Shown: positions 27,204 through 36,617, counted from the stretch's first letter. The stretch: 57,682 bases of DNA from a virus (IMGVR_UViG_3300047276_000505:1-57682), one strand, 5' to 3'. Numbers and translations are program-made. Notes: a model not told the origin generated them from the sequence alone.

Positions 27204-27899
27204 ATGGCTACGGGTCCAGCTCTATACCTAGGCAAAGTCGGAACCACAGGAACATCCACTGGTCCACACGCTCACTGGGAAGTCATGAAGGACGGGAAGC
27301 GTTTTGCGCTTTCTCAGGCACGTAGTGATATTGGTCAGTATCTCCAGTTCAAGAAGCCTGGCGCTACTATTTGGGAAAACCTTTACTCCAGGCAAGGGGA
27401 TGGCTTTGCATTAAACCCAAATGCAGCCCTCACCAGTCCCATGGGAATGAGGACACATCCGGTTCATGGTGACCAGCGTATGCACGGTGGCGAAGACTAT
27501 GGTCTTCCAGAAGGAACTCAACTGCGTTTCCTTGGCCCTGGTTCCGTTGCGACTTATTCCAATCGCGGTGGTGCAGGCAATGTTTCCAGCCTTCGCACCG
27601 GTCCTTACGAACTCCAGACGTTCCATTTGAGCGAGCTTCCAGGGTCTTCAACAACCCGTGGAAAATACCCGGAAAAAGAAGAGGCAACCACAACGGAAGA
27701 AAGTCAGACAAGCTCAACTTCGTTTGATGATTTGTTGAATAGTTATTTAGAGAGACAGGCTATTGATCAGTTTGCACAGCAAATGTTCCAACCCAAGTCT
27801 TCTCGACTTTCTCAATTTGCTCAGTTACTGAATATGTTCCCTACGGAAGCAATGTATAACCCTCTGGTAGATGCGCCAAGACAGCAGCAGCAAGGCTGA
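27204..27899 (+). CDS. M23 family peptidase, circularly permuted
   Basis: GTSTGPHAHWEV at the N-terminus precedes TSPMGMRTHPV...MHGGED. Confidence 0.85.
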   Translation: MATGPALYLGKVGTTGTSTGPHAHWEVMKDGKRFALSQARSDIGQYLQFKKPGATIWENLYSRQGDGFALNPNAALTSPMGMRTHPVHGDQRMHGGEDYGLPEGTQLRFLGPGSVATYSNRGGAGNVSSLRTGPYELQTFHLSELPGSSTTRGKYPEKEEATTTEESQTSSTSFDDLLNSYLERQAIDQFAQQMFQPKSSRLSQFAQLLNMFPTEAMYNPLVDAPRQQQQG

Positions 27900-27941
27900 T
27901 AATTCAGTTCCTTTATAATGAAAAACATACGGAAATAAGCG

Positions 27942-28403
27942 GTGCAGTTATCCGACTTTGATAAAAGTAGGGTCCGGTATCACCTGGGCTACTTCACGGT
28001 TTCCGTGCCAGCGGGCGACTACAGTCGTCTTGAGGAAGCAATGAATACGGTCCCAGATTCGTACTTCTACGACAAGATTGCTATTCAAATTGGCCGTTGT
28101 GATACCGCCGAGAAAAAGACAGAAGTTGCGACTTCTCCTTCCACTCGGTTAGAAAGCATCGCTGGCGACGTGGATCGTACGATCCGCTCCAGTAACGCTA
28201 AAGAAGCGTTAAAGGTTTGGGACGAGGTTTACCTCTACGAAACCAACCGTTTAGCCGGCATCCTTTACGTTCCAAACTACAAGGATCCGTTCCAGGCCAG
28301 GTACCGTTACGAACGCTCTGGTGCTGAATTCATCCAGGCATTGCCTGGTCCCGCCGACACCGCTGTTGGTTCTCGTCTTTATCTACATCAGGTTTGGAGG
28401 TAA
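27942..28403 (+). CDS. Putative head-tail adaptor/structural protein
   Basis: 153 aa, helical, in the structural cluster. Confidence 0.5.
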   Translation: MQLSDFDKSRVRYHLGYFTVSVPAGDYSRLEEAMNTVPDSYFYDKIAIQIGRCDTAEKKTEVATSPSTRLESIAGDVDRTIRSSNAKEALKVWDEVYLYETNRLAGILYVPNYKDPFQARYRYERSGAEFIQALPGPADTAVGSRLYLHQVWR

Positions 28404-29227
28404 TTATGGCTGACATTTTCCCGCGTCCTTTTGGTAATCCCTTTGGTGGGATTCTTGGGAATGAATTAGCTTATATGGGAAGAGTTCTGAGCCAAGGACG
28501 AATTCCTTATGCCGCTCCCCCTTCTACGTTGAAGCCACAACAAACAGCCCAAGAAACTGGGATGTATGGCCGGTACGTTCCTGGTGCACAACAGAGCCCC
28601 ATCCAAAAACCACTTGGTGGTGCCCCTGAAGAACGTGCACTTGCCGCTGAAAAGTCTCGGGTTGCTCAGCTGACTGCTCAAGATCCAGAACTGAAACGTT
28701 ACGAAGAAGCAAGTAAGAAGGCCAAGACGCAAGAGGAAATGAATGCCGCTCGGGATATCGGGATGGCAATCTGGGCACGCTCCAATCCAAAACTTGCTGC
28801 GAAAGTAAAGCCTGGTCAGTCTGGTTACGAAGTAATCCAGAACGAAATTAACGCTGGACAAATGGGTCCAGTATTGGATCTTCCTTTTGACAGCACTAAG
28901 CCATTCAGCCCAACTCCAATTCCTCCTGAGCAGCGCTCTGTTACTTACGAAGGTGTCCGTCCTGTATCCCTGGGCGACGTAACCCCAATTACTGGTGGAG
29001 GCTTCCCAACTCAACAGTACGCCGCCTTTGATCGTTTCCGTCAAGCCATTGCCCCCGGTCCCAACTTCCAAGGTTCTCCCCTTGGCACCGCGTCGCCATT
29101 AGTCGGCAATCTTTCTTACACCGGCTCAGTGACGCCGATTGGTACCGCAGTAGAGGAAGGTGATTTCCGTTCTGCAAAAGCCCAGCAGCTTGCAGAAGCA
29201 TTCAAGAAAGCCCGATTCTCTAGCTGA
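28394..29227 (+). CDS. Hypothetical late protein (likely start MADIF after GGAGG)
   Basis: ORF with SD. Confidence 0.7.
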   Translation: MEVIMADIFPRPFGNPFGGILGNELAYMGRVLSQGRIPYAAPPSTLKPQQTAQETGMYGRYVPGAQQSPIQKPLGGAPEERALAAEKSRVAQLTAQDPELKRYEEASKKAKTQEEMNAARDIGMAIWARSNPKLAAKVKPGQSGYEVIQNEINAGQMGPVLDLPFDSTKPFSPTPIPPEQRSVTYEGVRPVSLGDVTPITGGGFPTQQYAAFDRFRQAIAPGPNFQGSPLGTASPLVGNLSYTGSVTPIGTAVEEGDFRSAKAQQLAEAFKKARFSS

Positions 29228-29237
29228 TTGAAGTACA

Positions 29238-29264
29238 TTGGCATTGCTCAGCATGTAAGTCCAA
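29238..29264 (+). ncRNA. Family B structured element, copy 4 (late region)
   Basis: UUGG-CA-U-UGC(UCA)GCA-U-GUAAGU-CCAA. Confidence 0.55.
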
Positions 29265-29319
29265 CCAACTGGATACGAATCTTCTGATTCACGGAGGCCA
29301 GTGTTGTTGCTTTAGAACC

Positions 29320-29436
29320 ATGATTCTTTGTCCTAATTTCGTCAAACGCCTGACCACTAAACTCAGTTTGGTTGTTGCATTACAAACTGTCTTTACTCCT
29401 GGTCTCCGTGCAGAGTCGAATTGGGTAGGAGAATAA
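29320..29436 (+). CDS. 38-aa peptide resembling a signal peptide
   Basis: MILCPNFVKRLTTKLSLVVALQTVFTPGLRA-ESNWVGE. Confidence 0.45.
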   Translation: MILCPNFVKRLTTKLSLVVALQTVFTPGLRAESNWVGE

Positions 29437-29449
29437 CGAAGTAAACGCC

Positions 29450-30103
29450 ATGGCTACACCGCGAGTTGGTACTCTTTCTTCAGCTGATCGGATGGCAATC
29501 TTTGATGCCGCCCGCAAGCTAAAGCTGGATCCTTATGAATTTGGTGGATTTCTCTCCCTGGAATCAGGTCCAAATATGGATCCAAACATCCGTGGTGGTG
29601 CCGGCGGTAATTACTACGGCATGATTCAATTTGGTCCTTCTGAACAAAAGAAGTACCTGGATTCTTCTCGCATGGGTCAATACACCCGTGCCGAGCAAGT
29701 ACCTAAAGCCGTTCAATTTTTGCTTGATCGAGGTTTCAAGCCCGGTCAGATGGGAATTGATCGTGCTTATGCAACCGTCTTAGGTGGTAACCCGAATGTT
29801 TCTTTGACAGCCAAAGATTCTTTTGGTACTTCTGTAGCAGGTGCTTTGCCACGTTTCAAAAAAGGTGGTGATCTGTACGCCAACGCCCAACGTGTTTTGG
29901 GTGATCTCCCTTCTGGTTTTGGCGCACCGCCGGCAGATGTTGCAGCCAAACAACCACAAAAGAAACAAGAGCTTGCAGGTCAAGATCCAGCGTTGCTAAT
30001 GATTGCTCAGCAGTTGTTTGCACCACTGGTTAAACCAGCCGCCTCTAGTCCCATGAACAAGCTTACGAACTTTATGCAGCTCTTTGGAGCCATGGGACAA
30101 TAG
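29450..30103 (+). CDS. Lysozyme-fold / lytic transglycosylase-like protein
   Basis: LSLESG catalytic-Glu motif and YYGMIQFG. Confidence 0.7.
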   Translation: MATPRVGTLSSADRMAIFDAARKLKLDPYEFGGFLSLESGPNMDPNIRGGAGGNYYGMIQFGPSEQKKYLDSSRMGQYTRAEQVPKAVQFLLDRGFKPGQMGIDRAYATVLGGNPNVSLTAKDSFGTSVAGALPRFKKGGDLYANAQRVLGDLPSGFGAPPADVAAKQPQKKQELAGQDPALLMIAQQLFAPLVKPAASSPMNKLTNFMQLFGAMGQ

Positions 30104-30135
30104 CTTATAATGACTATTAAATAGGAAGCAGTAAA

Positions 30136-30909
30136 GTGTCATCTACAGCCACTAATAAGCAGCCACTGTTAGTTGACCGTCCCCTGGTGGATACGGTCCG
30201 AGTGACGACTCAGACGGTTGGTACGCCCACCACTCTGTTTGTGCAGGGTGGCCAGGCTCCTTCCGTCCTGGTGGACATGGATGCTGCCCTGGAAGAAGAC
30301 AACAATAATGGCGGCGTTATTGATTCCATCTCTATTGTTCGCAACGATTACTATCGTGATGCGGACTATGTTATTTCCAGCGGTACTTCTGGTACTGTTA
30401 TTTCACTGACCAGTGGTCAGGTTGTGTTGGTCTTTGATACTGGCGTTGTTACAACCCCGGCGGCTAGTGGTTTTGGTTACTACACCTACACTGGTACAAC
30501 CACGCTGACCGGTGTTAATACCAAGCTTTTATATTCTGGCGGTACCTCCAGCGGCTTTGCTTACAACGGTGTGAACTACGGCTACCAGCCGGAAGTTACT
30601 TTTGTGTTTTACCACACCCGTGGCACTACCCAACCCATTCCCGCATCGGGCGACTACCGGGTTCTGTTTGCCAAACAAGTCCCTGCCAACACCCAGCGTG
30701 TTGATTGTTCCGACGTAATGCCTGAATTGGCAGCTCCTACTGTGTCTGCTGGCAACACCACTGGTCTTGGTAACGGTACTCCTCTTCGCAACCGTGGTAT
30801 TTACCTTGAGCGTGGTGACCGTATTTATGTGGGTGTCTACGCAGACGGCGTGAACTCCTCTGGTTACACCGCAGGTGCTCACATCATTGCTCAAGGCGGG
30901 TTCTTCTGA
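30136..30909 (+). CDS. Structural (tail) protein
   Basis: Thr/Gly/Val beta-rich, late cluster. Confidence 0.6.
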   Translation: MSSTATNKQPLLVDRPLVDTVRVTTQTVGTPTTLFVQGGQAPSVLVDMDAALEEDNNNGGVIDSISIVRNDYYRDADYVISSGTSGTVISLTSGQVVLVFDTGVVTTPAASGFGYYTYTGTTTLTGVNTKLLYSGGTSSGFAYNGVNYGYQPEVTFVFYHTRGTTQPIPASGDYRVLFAKQVPANTQRVDCSDVMPELAAPTVSAGNTTGLGNGTPLRNRGIYLERGDRIYVGVYADGVNSSGYTAGAHIIAQGGFF

Positions 30910-30911
30910 TC

Positions 30912-32441
30912 ATGGCCAAAAGGAGCAGTAACTCCTTTGGTAATTTCAGTCAAACACCTTTCATCGAACCGGCGGGCGTCAAGCCAATTACGACTGAATT
31001 CTCCAAAGGTTCAGTTCCAGATTCTGTTTATAGTGCAAACCGTGAGTCGGCTTGGTCTCGCTGGAGGCGTGGCTTTGAAATAGCCTGCGCGACGTTTTAC
31101 GACAATAACTACACTTATCCATTTCAGTATCAAATCCCGGTACCTTCTGGTACTCCCAGTTCCGTTGCAAACCCTTCACCCATTATTTCTGGAACGTTTG
31201 TTGGGTTTCCAACCACAAACAAAGAAATGGGAATGCACTGGGCTGGCTGGCGTTACGCCGGGTCCATGCGTAGCGATAATTTAACAGATCCAAGTTCTGG
31301 CAAAAAGCTTTACATCGAATCCATTACAGAAGACGCCACAAATTGGTACGTCAAACTAGCGGGGAACTGGAGCGCAAGCAATCCACTTCCACCGCCTTTT
31401 TATGTTGCTGTTCCAGGCATCCCAGGCGGTCTTAAGCCACTTAACAGCGAAACCCTGGAAGACCGCATTATTACTCCAGGTGGTGCCATTATTGACCGTG
31501 ATTCAATTGATCCTACAACTCAAAAAAGATACGGCTATATCCAAGCCGTCTTGGTCGATACAAACCCATTTACTGGAGTTTTGACTGTTCGCAAAGCAGG
31601 CTCAGTTCAAACAACTCCAGATAAAGAGTATTTCACACCGTCTCCCCAATCTTTTGCCGTTGGACGTTACTTAATTACCGGCGCTCGCTTCTGTTGTTCA
31701 TGTCAAGATTTCACGCATCGTGACTATGCATTTATGCGTGATATTTCCAAACCCACAAGAAAACGTTATCCCAGAAGCAGCGCGGCTTCCATAAAACCTG
31801 GACGATCAGAAGTAACAAAACTCAATGGGATCTTGGATAACAGCGCCATGACAAGTGCAGCTGTTAATCGAAAAATAGAAGTCTATGCCCCAGAGGGCTT
31901 TGAATTACCTCCTACAGTGGCAAAAACCATTGTTGATCCCAATGCAGGACGCGATGATCCTGGAGTCTTTAGAGATTTTGGAGCCACTTACCTCAGGAGC
32001 AAAGGAGATCCTGCTATTCCTGGATCTGCGGCTGAAGGCATGGTTTCCTACGAGGATTACAGCTCCTCTCAAGGAGTTATCACATCATTAACGGACAACT
32101 GGGAACCGTTACTTGATGAGATGCGTTACTGCAAACATATTTACGCTCTTAAATTTGCCGACAAAACATTTCCGCCTGAACCTTCTGATTTTCCCGTGCA
32201 AGAAGGGAGCATGGCTGATTGGGAACAAAAGTTAGTTGATGAAACGGAGAGTGAACAAGTTTCATTAAAAGCTTCTCTTGTCAATCGTTTTGCTTTGTCT
32301 CAAATGGATGTTCCTCCTTACAACTGTCAAGGACCAATGATGATGCCGATGATGCAAAAACTGTTTAATATCCCTACAGACTTTGTCTTGATGCAAGGCT
32401 TTACGATGTTTGATAAGGATGGAAAACCTTACAAACCTTAA
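30912..32441 (+). CDS. Protein with a split SWIM-type zinc finger
   Basis: FCCSCQDF ... YCKHIYAL. Confidence 0.7.
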   Translation: MAKRSSNSFGNFSQTPFIEPAGVKPITTEFSKGSVPDSVYSANRESAWSRWRRGFEIACATFYDNNYTYPFQYQIPVPSGTPSSVANPSPIISGTFVGFPTTNKEMGMHWAGWRYAGSMRSDNLTDPSSGKKLYIESITEDATNWYVKLAGNWSASNPLPPPFYVAVPGIPGGLKPLNSETLEDRIITPGGAIIDRDSIDPTTQKRYGYIQAVLVDTNPFTGVLTVRKAGSVQTTPDKEYFTPSPQSFAVGRYLITGARFCCSCQDFTHRDYAFMRDISKPTRKRYPRSSAASIKPGRSEVTKLNGILDNSAMTSAAVNRKIEVYAPEGFELPPTVAKTIVDPNAGRDDPGVFRDFGATYLRSKGDPAIPGSAAEGMVSYEDYSSSQGVITSLTDNWEPLLDEMRYCKHIYALKFADKTFPPEPSDFPVQEGSMADWEQKLVDETESEQVSLKASLVNRFALSQMDVPPYNCQGPMMMPMMQKLFNIPTDFVLMQGFTMFDKDGKPYKP

Positions 32442-32551
32442 CAATCATGTATACTTATATTAAGTCTCACGAGACTTATTAAGGAATCCTTTACCCGTTG
32501 CCAGCTGGTGCCACCGCTGTATATGGTGCCGGTATCCAGCTCATCTCAGTT

Positions 32552-32974
32552 ATGACTCACCAGCCGCCTCTGGATCAGCGGATTGTAGATGAGTATTTCC
32601 GCCTGGTCCTCAACCGTAAAACTAAAGACATTGCTTGGCTCTATGGCATGATTGCCACCTATGGCCTTAAGCCTGAAGAGCTTTCCACCTTCGATTGGGG
32701 ACCAGAGGACTCCGTCCTGGTACCACAAAAGAAACGTCCCGTTCGCCCGCTGCACCCTCAGTGGGTTCCGCTTTTTGGTCTCAAAGAAAAGCAGCCCCGC
32801 GTAATGCAGAGCTGCTGGGATACCCTTTGCTCTCGTCTGTACGAAGCCATGGCATACCAGGACTTTCAGCTGAACATCACTGATTTAATCCTGGCCCATC
32901 GCCTTCGGAAGGACTGCTATCGGTCCCTCAAGAAGCCATCGGCATCATCCCTTGCTTTTGCAGGTGCTTCCTGA
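32552..32974 (+). CDS. Truncated tyrosine-recombinase-fold protein
   Basis: WLYGMIATYGLKPEEL and RPVRPLHPQWV resemble cyanobacterial integrase box I. Confidence 0.55.
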   Translation: MTHQPPLDQRIVDEYFRLVLNRKTKDIAWLYGMIATYGLKPEELSTFDWGPEDSVLVPQKKRPVRPLHPQWVPLFGLKEKQPRVMQSCWDTLCSRLYEAMAYQDFQLNITDLILAHRLRKDCYRSLKKPSASSLAFAGAS

Positions 32975-33146
32975 CGGACTTGGTGTTCCAGCGGTAGCCG
33001 TCACGGGAGAGGCAACCAGGGAACGCTGCGAAGTGCGGACCAAGCTTGAGGGTGCCATCATCGCGGTACTTGAATAGAGTCTTGCGGTCAATGCCCAAGA
33101 TCTCTTCTGCCTTTTGAACGGACACCCATCCGTTGGTGGTGGTCAT
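32928..33146 (-). CDS. Excisionase/MerR-like HTH protein
   Basis: WVSVQKAEEILGIDRKTLFKYRDDGTLKLGPHF. Confidence 0.7.
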   Translation of the reverse strand: MTTTNGWVSVQKAEEILGIDRKTLFKYRDDGTLKLGPHFAAFPGCLSRDGYRWNTKSVRKHLQKQGMMPMAS

Positions 33147-33283
33147 GGCGCGGAATAACGCGTGCCTCAATACCATATCCGGTGTCAAGTGCCTGTCAAT
33201 ACCCTTAAGGAAACTTTCATCTCTTTAGTTTGTTCGAGTAAATGTGTGTTGAATTTAGAATGAATTAACGGCAATTGAAGAGC

Positions 33284-33622
33284 ATGTTTTGCAACGAGCA
33301 CGAGCCCCTCGCCCTGCTAGTTGAAATCACGCCCAAACTTGCAAAGAAAAAATTTAGAGAAAGCATATACGAAGCTTGGCATTACAAATGCGGTTATTGC
33401 GGAGATTCCGCCACAAGCCTGGATCACATTGTACCCAGGTTTAAGTCCGGTTCCTCTAACCGCCACAACTTACTTCCTTGTTGCAGGCGTTGTAACGCCC
33501 ACAAAGGATCAGAGGAAATGAAAAGCTGGTACCAAAAACAAACCTTCTTTTCTTCCGAAACCCTTGGTAAGATTGAAGCCTGGGTCAAACAAGAATCAAC
33601 GTTTATTTTTGGTGAGTGCTGA
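33284..33622 (+). CDS. HNH endonuclease (McrA-like)
   Basis: CGYCG...SLDHIVP...NLLPCCRRCNAHK. Confidence 0.9.
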   Translation: MFCNEHEPLALLVEITPKLAKKKFRESIYEAWHYKCGYCGDSATSLDHIVPRFKSGSSNRHNLLPCCRRCNAHKGSEEMKSWYQKQTFFSSETLGKIEAWVKQESTFIFGEC

Positions 33623-36345
33623 TGGGTACCTTTGCGAATTATGTTGATACTTACAGTGACCTAGGAAATGCGTTTGCTGGCGCAGAGCGAGCTAACGGTT
33701 TGTATGTTGACAATAATTCAGACTTACTTGCTCAATGGGAAAGCAATAAAGATAAGCCAAAATTTAGGGAAAAATATCCAACCAAAGGTTCTTACGGCGC
33801 CTGGCATTACGACACCTACGGGAGGAACGAAGGTCGTGAGATGTTTTACCACACGATGGTAAAAGATCCAGGAATAGGTACTGTGTATTGGGATCGTTAC
33901 GTTGATAACAACTCAGCCGTAAACAAGGCTTGGCGTGATGCCGGCCAACCAGACAAAGCTTCCTTTGGAGAAAGATACTGGAATCGAACAGGCAGAGCAA
34001 ATGGCGACCTAGTTCCCACTCGTGTTCAGGGCATGGAGGGCTGGGGCCAAGCCCACTGGGAGACGTATGGAAAAAATGAAGATCGAATTTTAGAAGGAGC
34101 TAAGATTTCCGTCGACAACAATGGCAACGCTTACTTATCGGGAAAGAATTTAATTGGTTCACAAGCACTGAATAGGTATAACAACGTTATTAATACTTTT
34201 AATAATGCTAAAGAAGGAACATATAAACAAATAGTAGAAGGACTTGGAAATCAACTAAACTCTGTTCAGCTTCAAGACCTGCTTGACTACAACGGTGAAG
34301 AAGCTTTGTCAGCTTCTTACCAAAAGAAATTAACTCCTTGGGATTCAAGTAAGGGCGCTCAACCATTAACCGGTGGTTTTGATGCCAGTTATTACCGTTC
34401 TTTTACTCCAGGTGGGCAACAAGCTGAAGAACAGTGGGACGCGGCACAATCAGGGATAAGCATAGGAGGTATCTCGATTCCAGACCTGGATATAGTTGGA
34501 CGCTTTAGTCCTGATACGTATATGCATTGGCATTACACGACTCAGGGCAAGGCAGCTGGATACCGAGGAAATGAAGCTCAATACGCGTCGCTTTCCGATG
34601 AATATCAAGAGTATTTAACTGATGCCGAGTACGAACTTTATCGCGATAAAGTCCTTGGCGGTGGAGATGAAACTATTCTTGGCAAAAAAGTAAGCACTGA
34701 ATTAACAGCAAAAGAACAGCAAGTTCAACAGCAATTTGGTTCACTGACAACTGATTCTCTCAAGAAAGCTGCAGATGAACTTGTCAAAGCTAAACAACAA
34801 GAGCGCGACTTAGATTTCTACCGAAATCTTGAGGGTTTTGATGAAGTTCTTACAATCAACGAAACAATTGCAAACTCACTCCTGGGAGATAGCGGCATTG
34901 GTGGTATTCTTGGCTTCGTCACAAATCCGGTCAAAGCTCAAGAAAGTCTTGAGAAAAGTCTTGCCAGTGCAACGGGCATTCCAACTTTTAATGGCGTCAC
35001 CTATAACTGGCAGAAGTGGTTTGATGAGCAGCTCGCTGGTAATTACGAAAAAGGTATTACGGTAGCAGATCCTCTTGATCCAAATAAAACATATCAATTG
35101 ACGGGTGATTTTGCTAAACGTTACATTGATGAATACTTGAAGCCTCGTTTTGATAGTTCCAAGTCGATGAGTGAATTTATTTCAACATTGGAGTTGCAGC
35201 AACAAGATAAAAACGTTTTTGATGTTCAAACAGCTTTAACAAAGCTAAAAGACATTGCTGAAATCAGAGCACAAGCTTATTTGGACGATGTGTATTCCAA
35301 GGACCCGCTTAATTTCAACGCTGATTTCTACATGAATCCATCCGGCAACTTTGAAACGGATGATCCCAAAATTGCCAAGTACAATGAGCAACGAGATCAA
35401 GTTGCTGCTGATTGGGAAACCGCAAAGCGTAATGGCTCAAGTGTTGTCCCAGGTACCAATTGGACCTGGGATCAATGGGCATACCATTACGGCCTAGATG
35501 TTAATGATAAAAATCAATTTGCTCAACTTCATTATCAAGTACTTGGTTCATCCAAAGGATTTGATCCTGCTCGTGATGTTTTAACATTGAAGGACGCCAC
35601 TGATTACATCAGCACAAAGATTCTTCCTGAGATTGCAGCCAAGGATATTGACTTGGCAGACGTTCAGTTCTTGCAGTTTGTAACACCTGAGGAATTTGCC
35701 GACAGTGTTATTGAAGGTGTCAGCCCTGAAACAAACAAGGCTGAATGGGACAAGATGCTTGGTACGCTTGGAATTGCCGGCGAAGGAATGGGTATTGATG
35801 AAGTTAAGCAATATATTGCTGATCAATTCCGCACTGGTAACGCCATCAATATTCGTCAGTCGATTAAATATCTCAATGAAAAGGGAAAGACCCCAACACA
35901 AAAGGAACTGGGTGTTGAGTACATCCAACGAGAAAGTGATGCTGCTCCATCCACGTCTCCTTACGCCACCACCCTCTACAAGATCTTTAAGAACGCTGGA
36001 TACCAGGGGAGCGAAGATGACTTCTACGGCAGTTTCATGACTGATGTAGACAAGGGTGAAATGCAACTCCTGGAGCAAGGGGCATCTGAGAAAGGCTTAC
36101 AACTGGGAGGTGCTTACGCAGGGCTAACCAGTGATGATCCGTTCCAGGCACTTAGCTCGATGACAGGACTATTTGGTGATACCAGTTCAACTACCAAAAC
36201 ATCTACTGATAGTACCAAGACTGGTTCTGTATCCTCCGGATCCAGTTATTTTAAACTGTTAGATGACGAAGAAGAACCAACAAAATCCAAGAGTGCTGAA
36301 AAGATTCTTGGTGAATTTACTTCCCTGTTTAAAGGGTTTACTTGA
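33622..36345 (+). CDS. Large virion-associated protein with YVDxxSD...HY..G..EGR repeats
   Basis: About 907 aa; TGATG coupling; several repeat units. Confidence 0.7.
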   Translation: MGTFANYVDTYSDLGNAFAGAERANGLYVDNNSDLLAQWESNKDKPKFREKYPTKGSYGAWHYDTYGRNEGREMFYHTMVKDPGIGTVYWDRYVDNNSAVNKAWRDAGQPDKASFGERYWNRTGRANGDLVPTRVQGMEGWGQAHWETYGKNEDRILEGAKISVDNNGNAYLSGKNLIGSQALNRYNNVINTFNNAKEGTYKQIVEGLGNQLNSVQLQDLLDYNGEEALSASYQKKLTPWDSSKGAQPLTGGFDASYYRSFTPGGQQAEEQWDAAQSGISIGGISIPDLDIVGRFSPDTYMHWHYTTQGKAAGYRGNEAQYASLSDEYQEYLTDAEYELYRDKVLGGGDETILGKKVSTELTAKEQQVQQQFGSLTTDSLKKAADELVKAKQQERDLDFYRNLEGFDEVLTINETIANSLLGDSGIGGILGFVTNPVKAQESLEKSLASATGIPTFNGVTYNWQKWFDEQLAGNYEKGITVADPLDPNKTYQLTGDFAKRYIDEYLKPRFDSSKSMSEFISTLELQQQDKNVFDVQTALTKLKDIAEIRAQAYLDDVYSKDPLNFNADFYMNPSGNFETDDPKIAKYNEQRDQVAADWETAKRNGSSVVPGTNWTWDQWAYHYGLDVNDKNQFAQLHYQVLGSSKGFDPARDVLTLKDATDYISTKILPEIAAKDIDLADVQFLQFVTPEEFADSVIEGVSPETNKAEWDKMLGTLGIAGEGMGIDEVKQYIADQFRTGNAINIRQSIKYLNEKGKTPTQKELGVEYIQRESDAAPSTSPYATTLYKIFKNAGYQGSEDDFYGSFMTDVDKGEMQLLEQGASEKGLQLGGAYAGLTSDDPFQALSSMTGLFGDTSSTTKTSTDSTKTGSVSSGSSYFKLLDDEEEPTKSKSAEKILGEFTSLFKGFT

Positions 36346-36617
36346 TGGCTGAGAAACACCGTAAAGCTGCTGGTGCAGCCAAGATTGCTAAAGACAAGAT
36401 GGCTTGTAACAAGCCAAGGCGCGATGTTCAAGGCGGCAAGAAATCTGTCGTAAAAGCTTGTGAGAATGGAGAAGAAAAGATCGTGCGCTTTGGTGATGCC
36501 AATATGGAAATCAAACGCGACGACCCTGAGCGCCGCAAGAATTTCCGTGCCCGCCATAATTGTGACGAACCTAAAAGTAAGCTTACGGCTGGGTACTGGT
36601 CCTGTAAAGCCTGGTAA
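36345..36617 (+). CDS. Small basic phage protein
   Basis: VRFGD...RRKNFRARHNCD...AGYWSC motif that I recall from phage proteins. Confidence 0.8.
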   Translation: MAEKHRKAAGAAKIAKDKMACNKPRRDVQGGKKSVVKACENGEEKIVRFGDANMEIKRDDPERRKNFRARHNCDEPKSKLTAGYWSCKAW

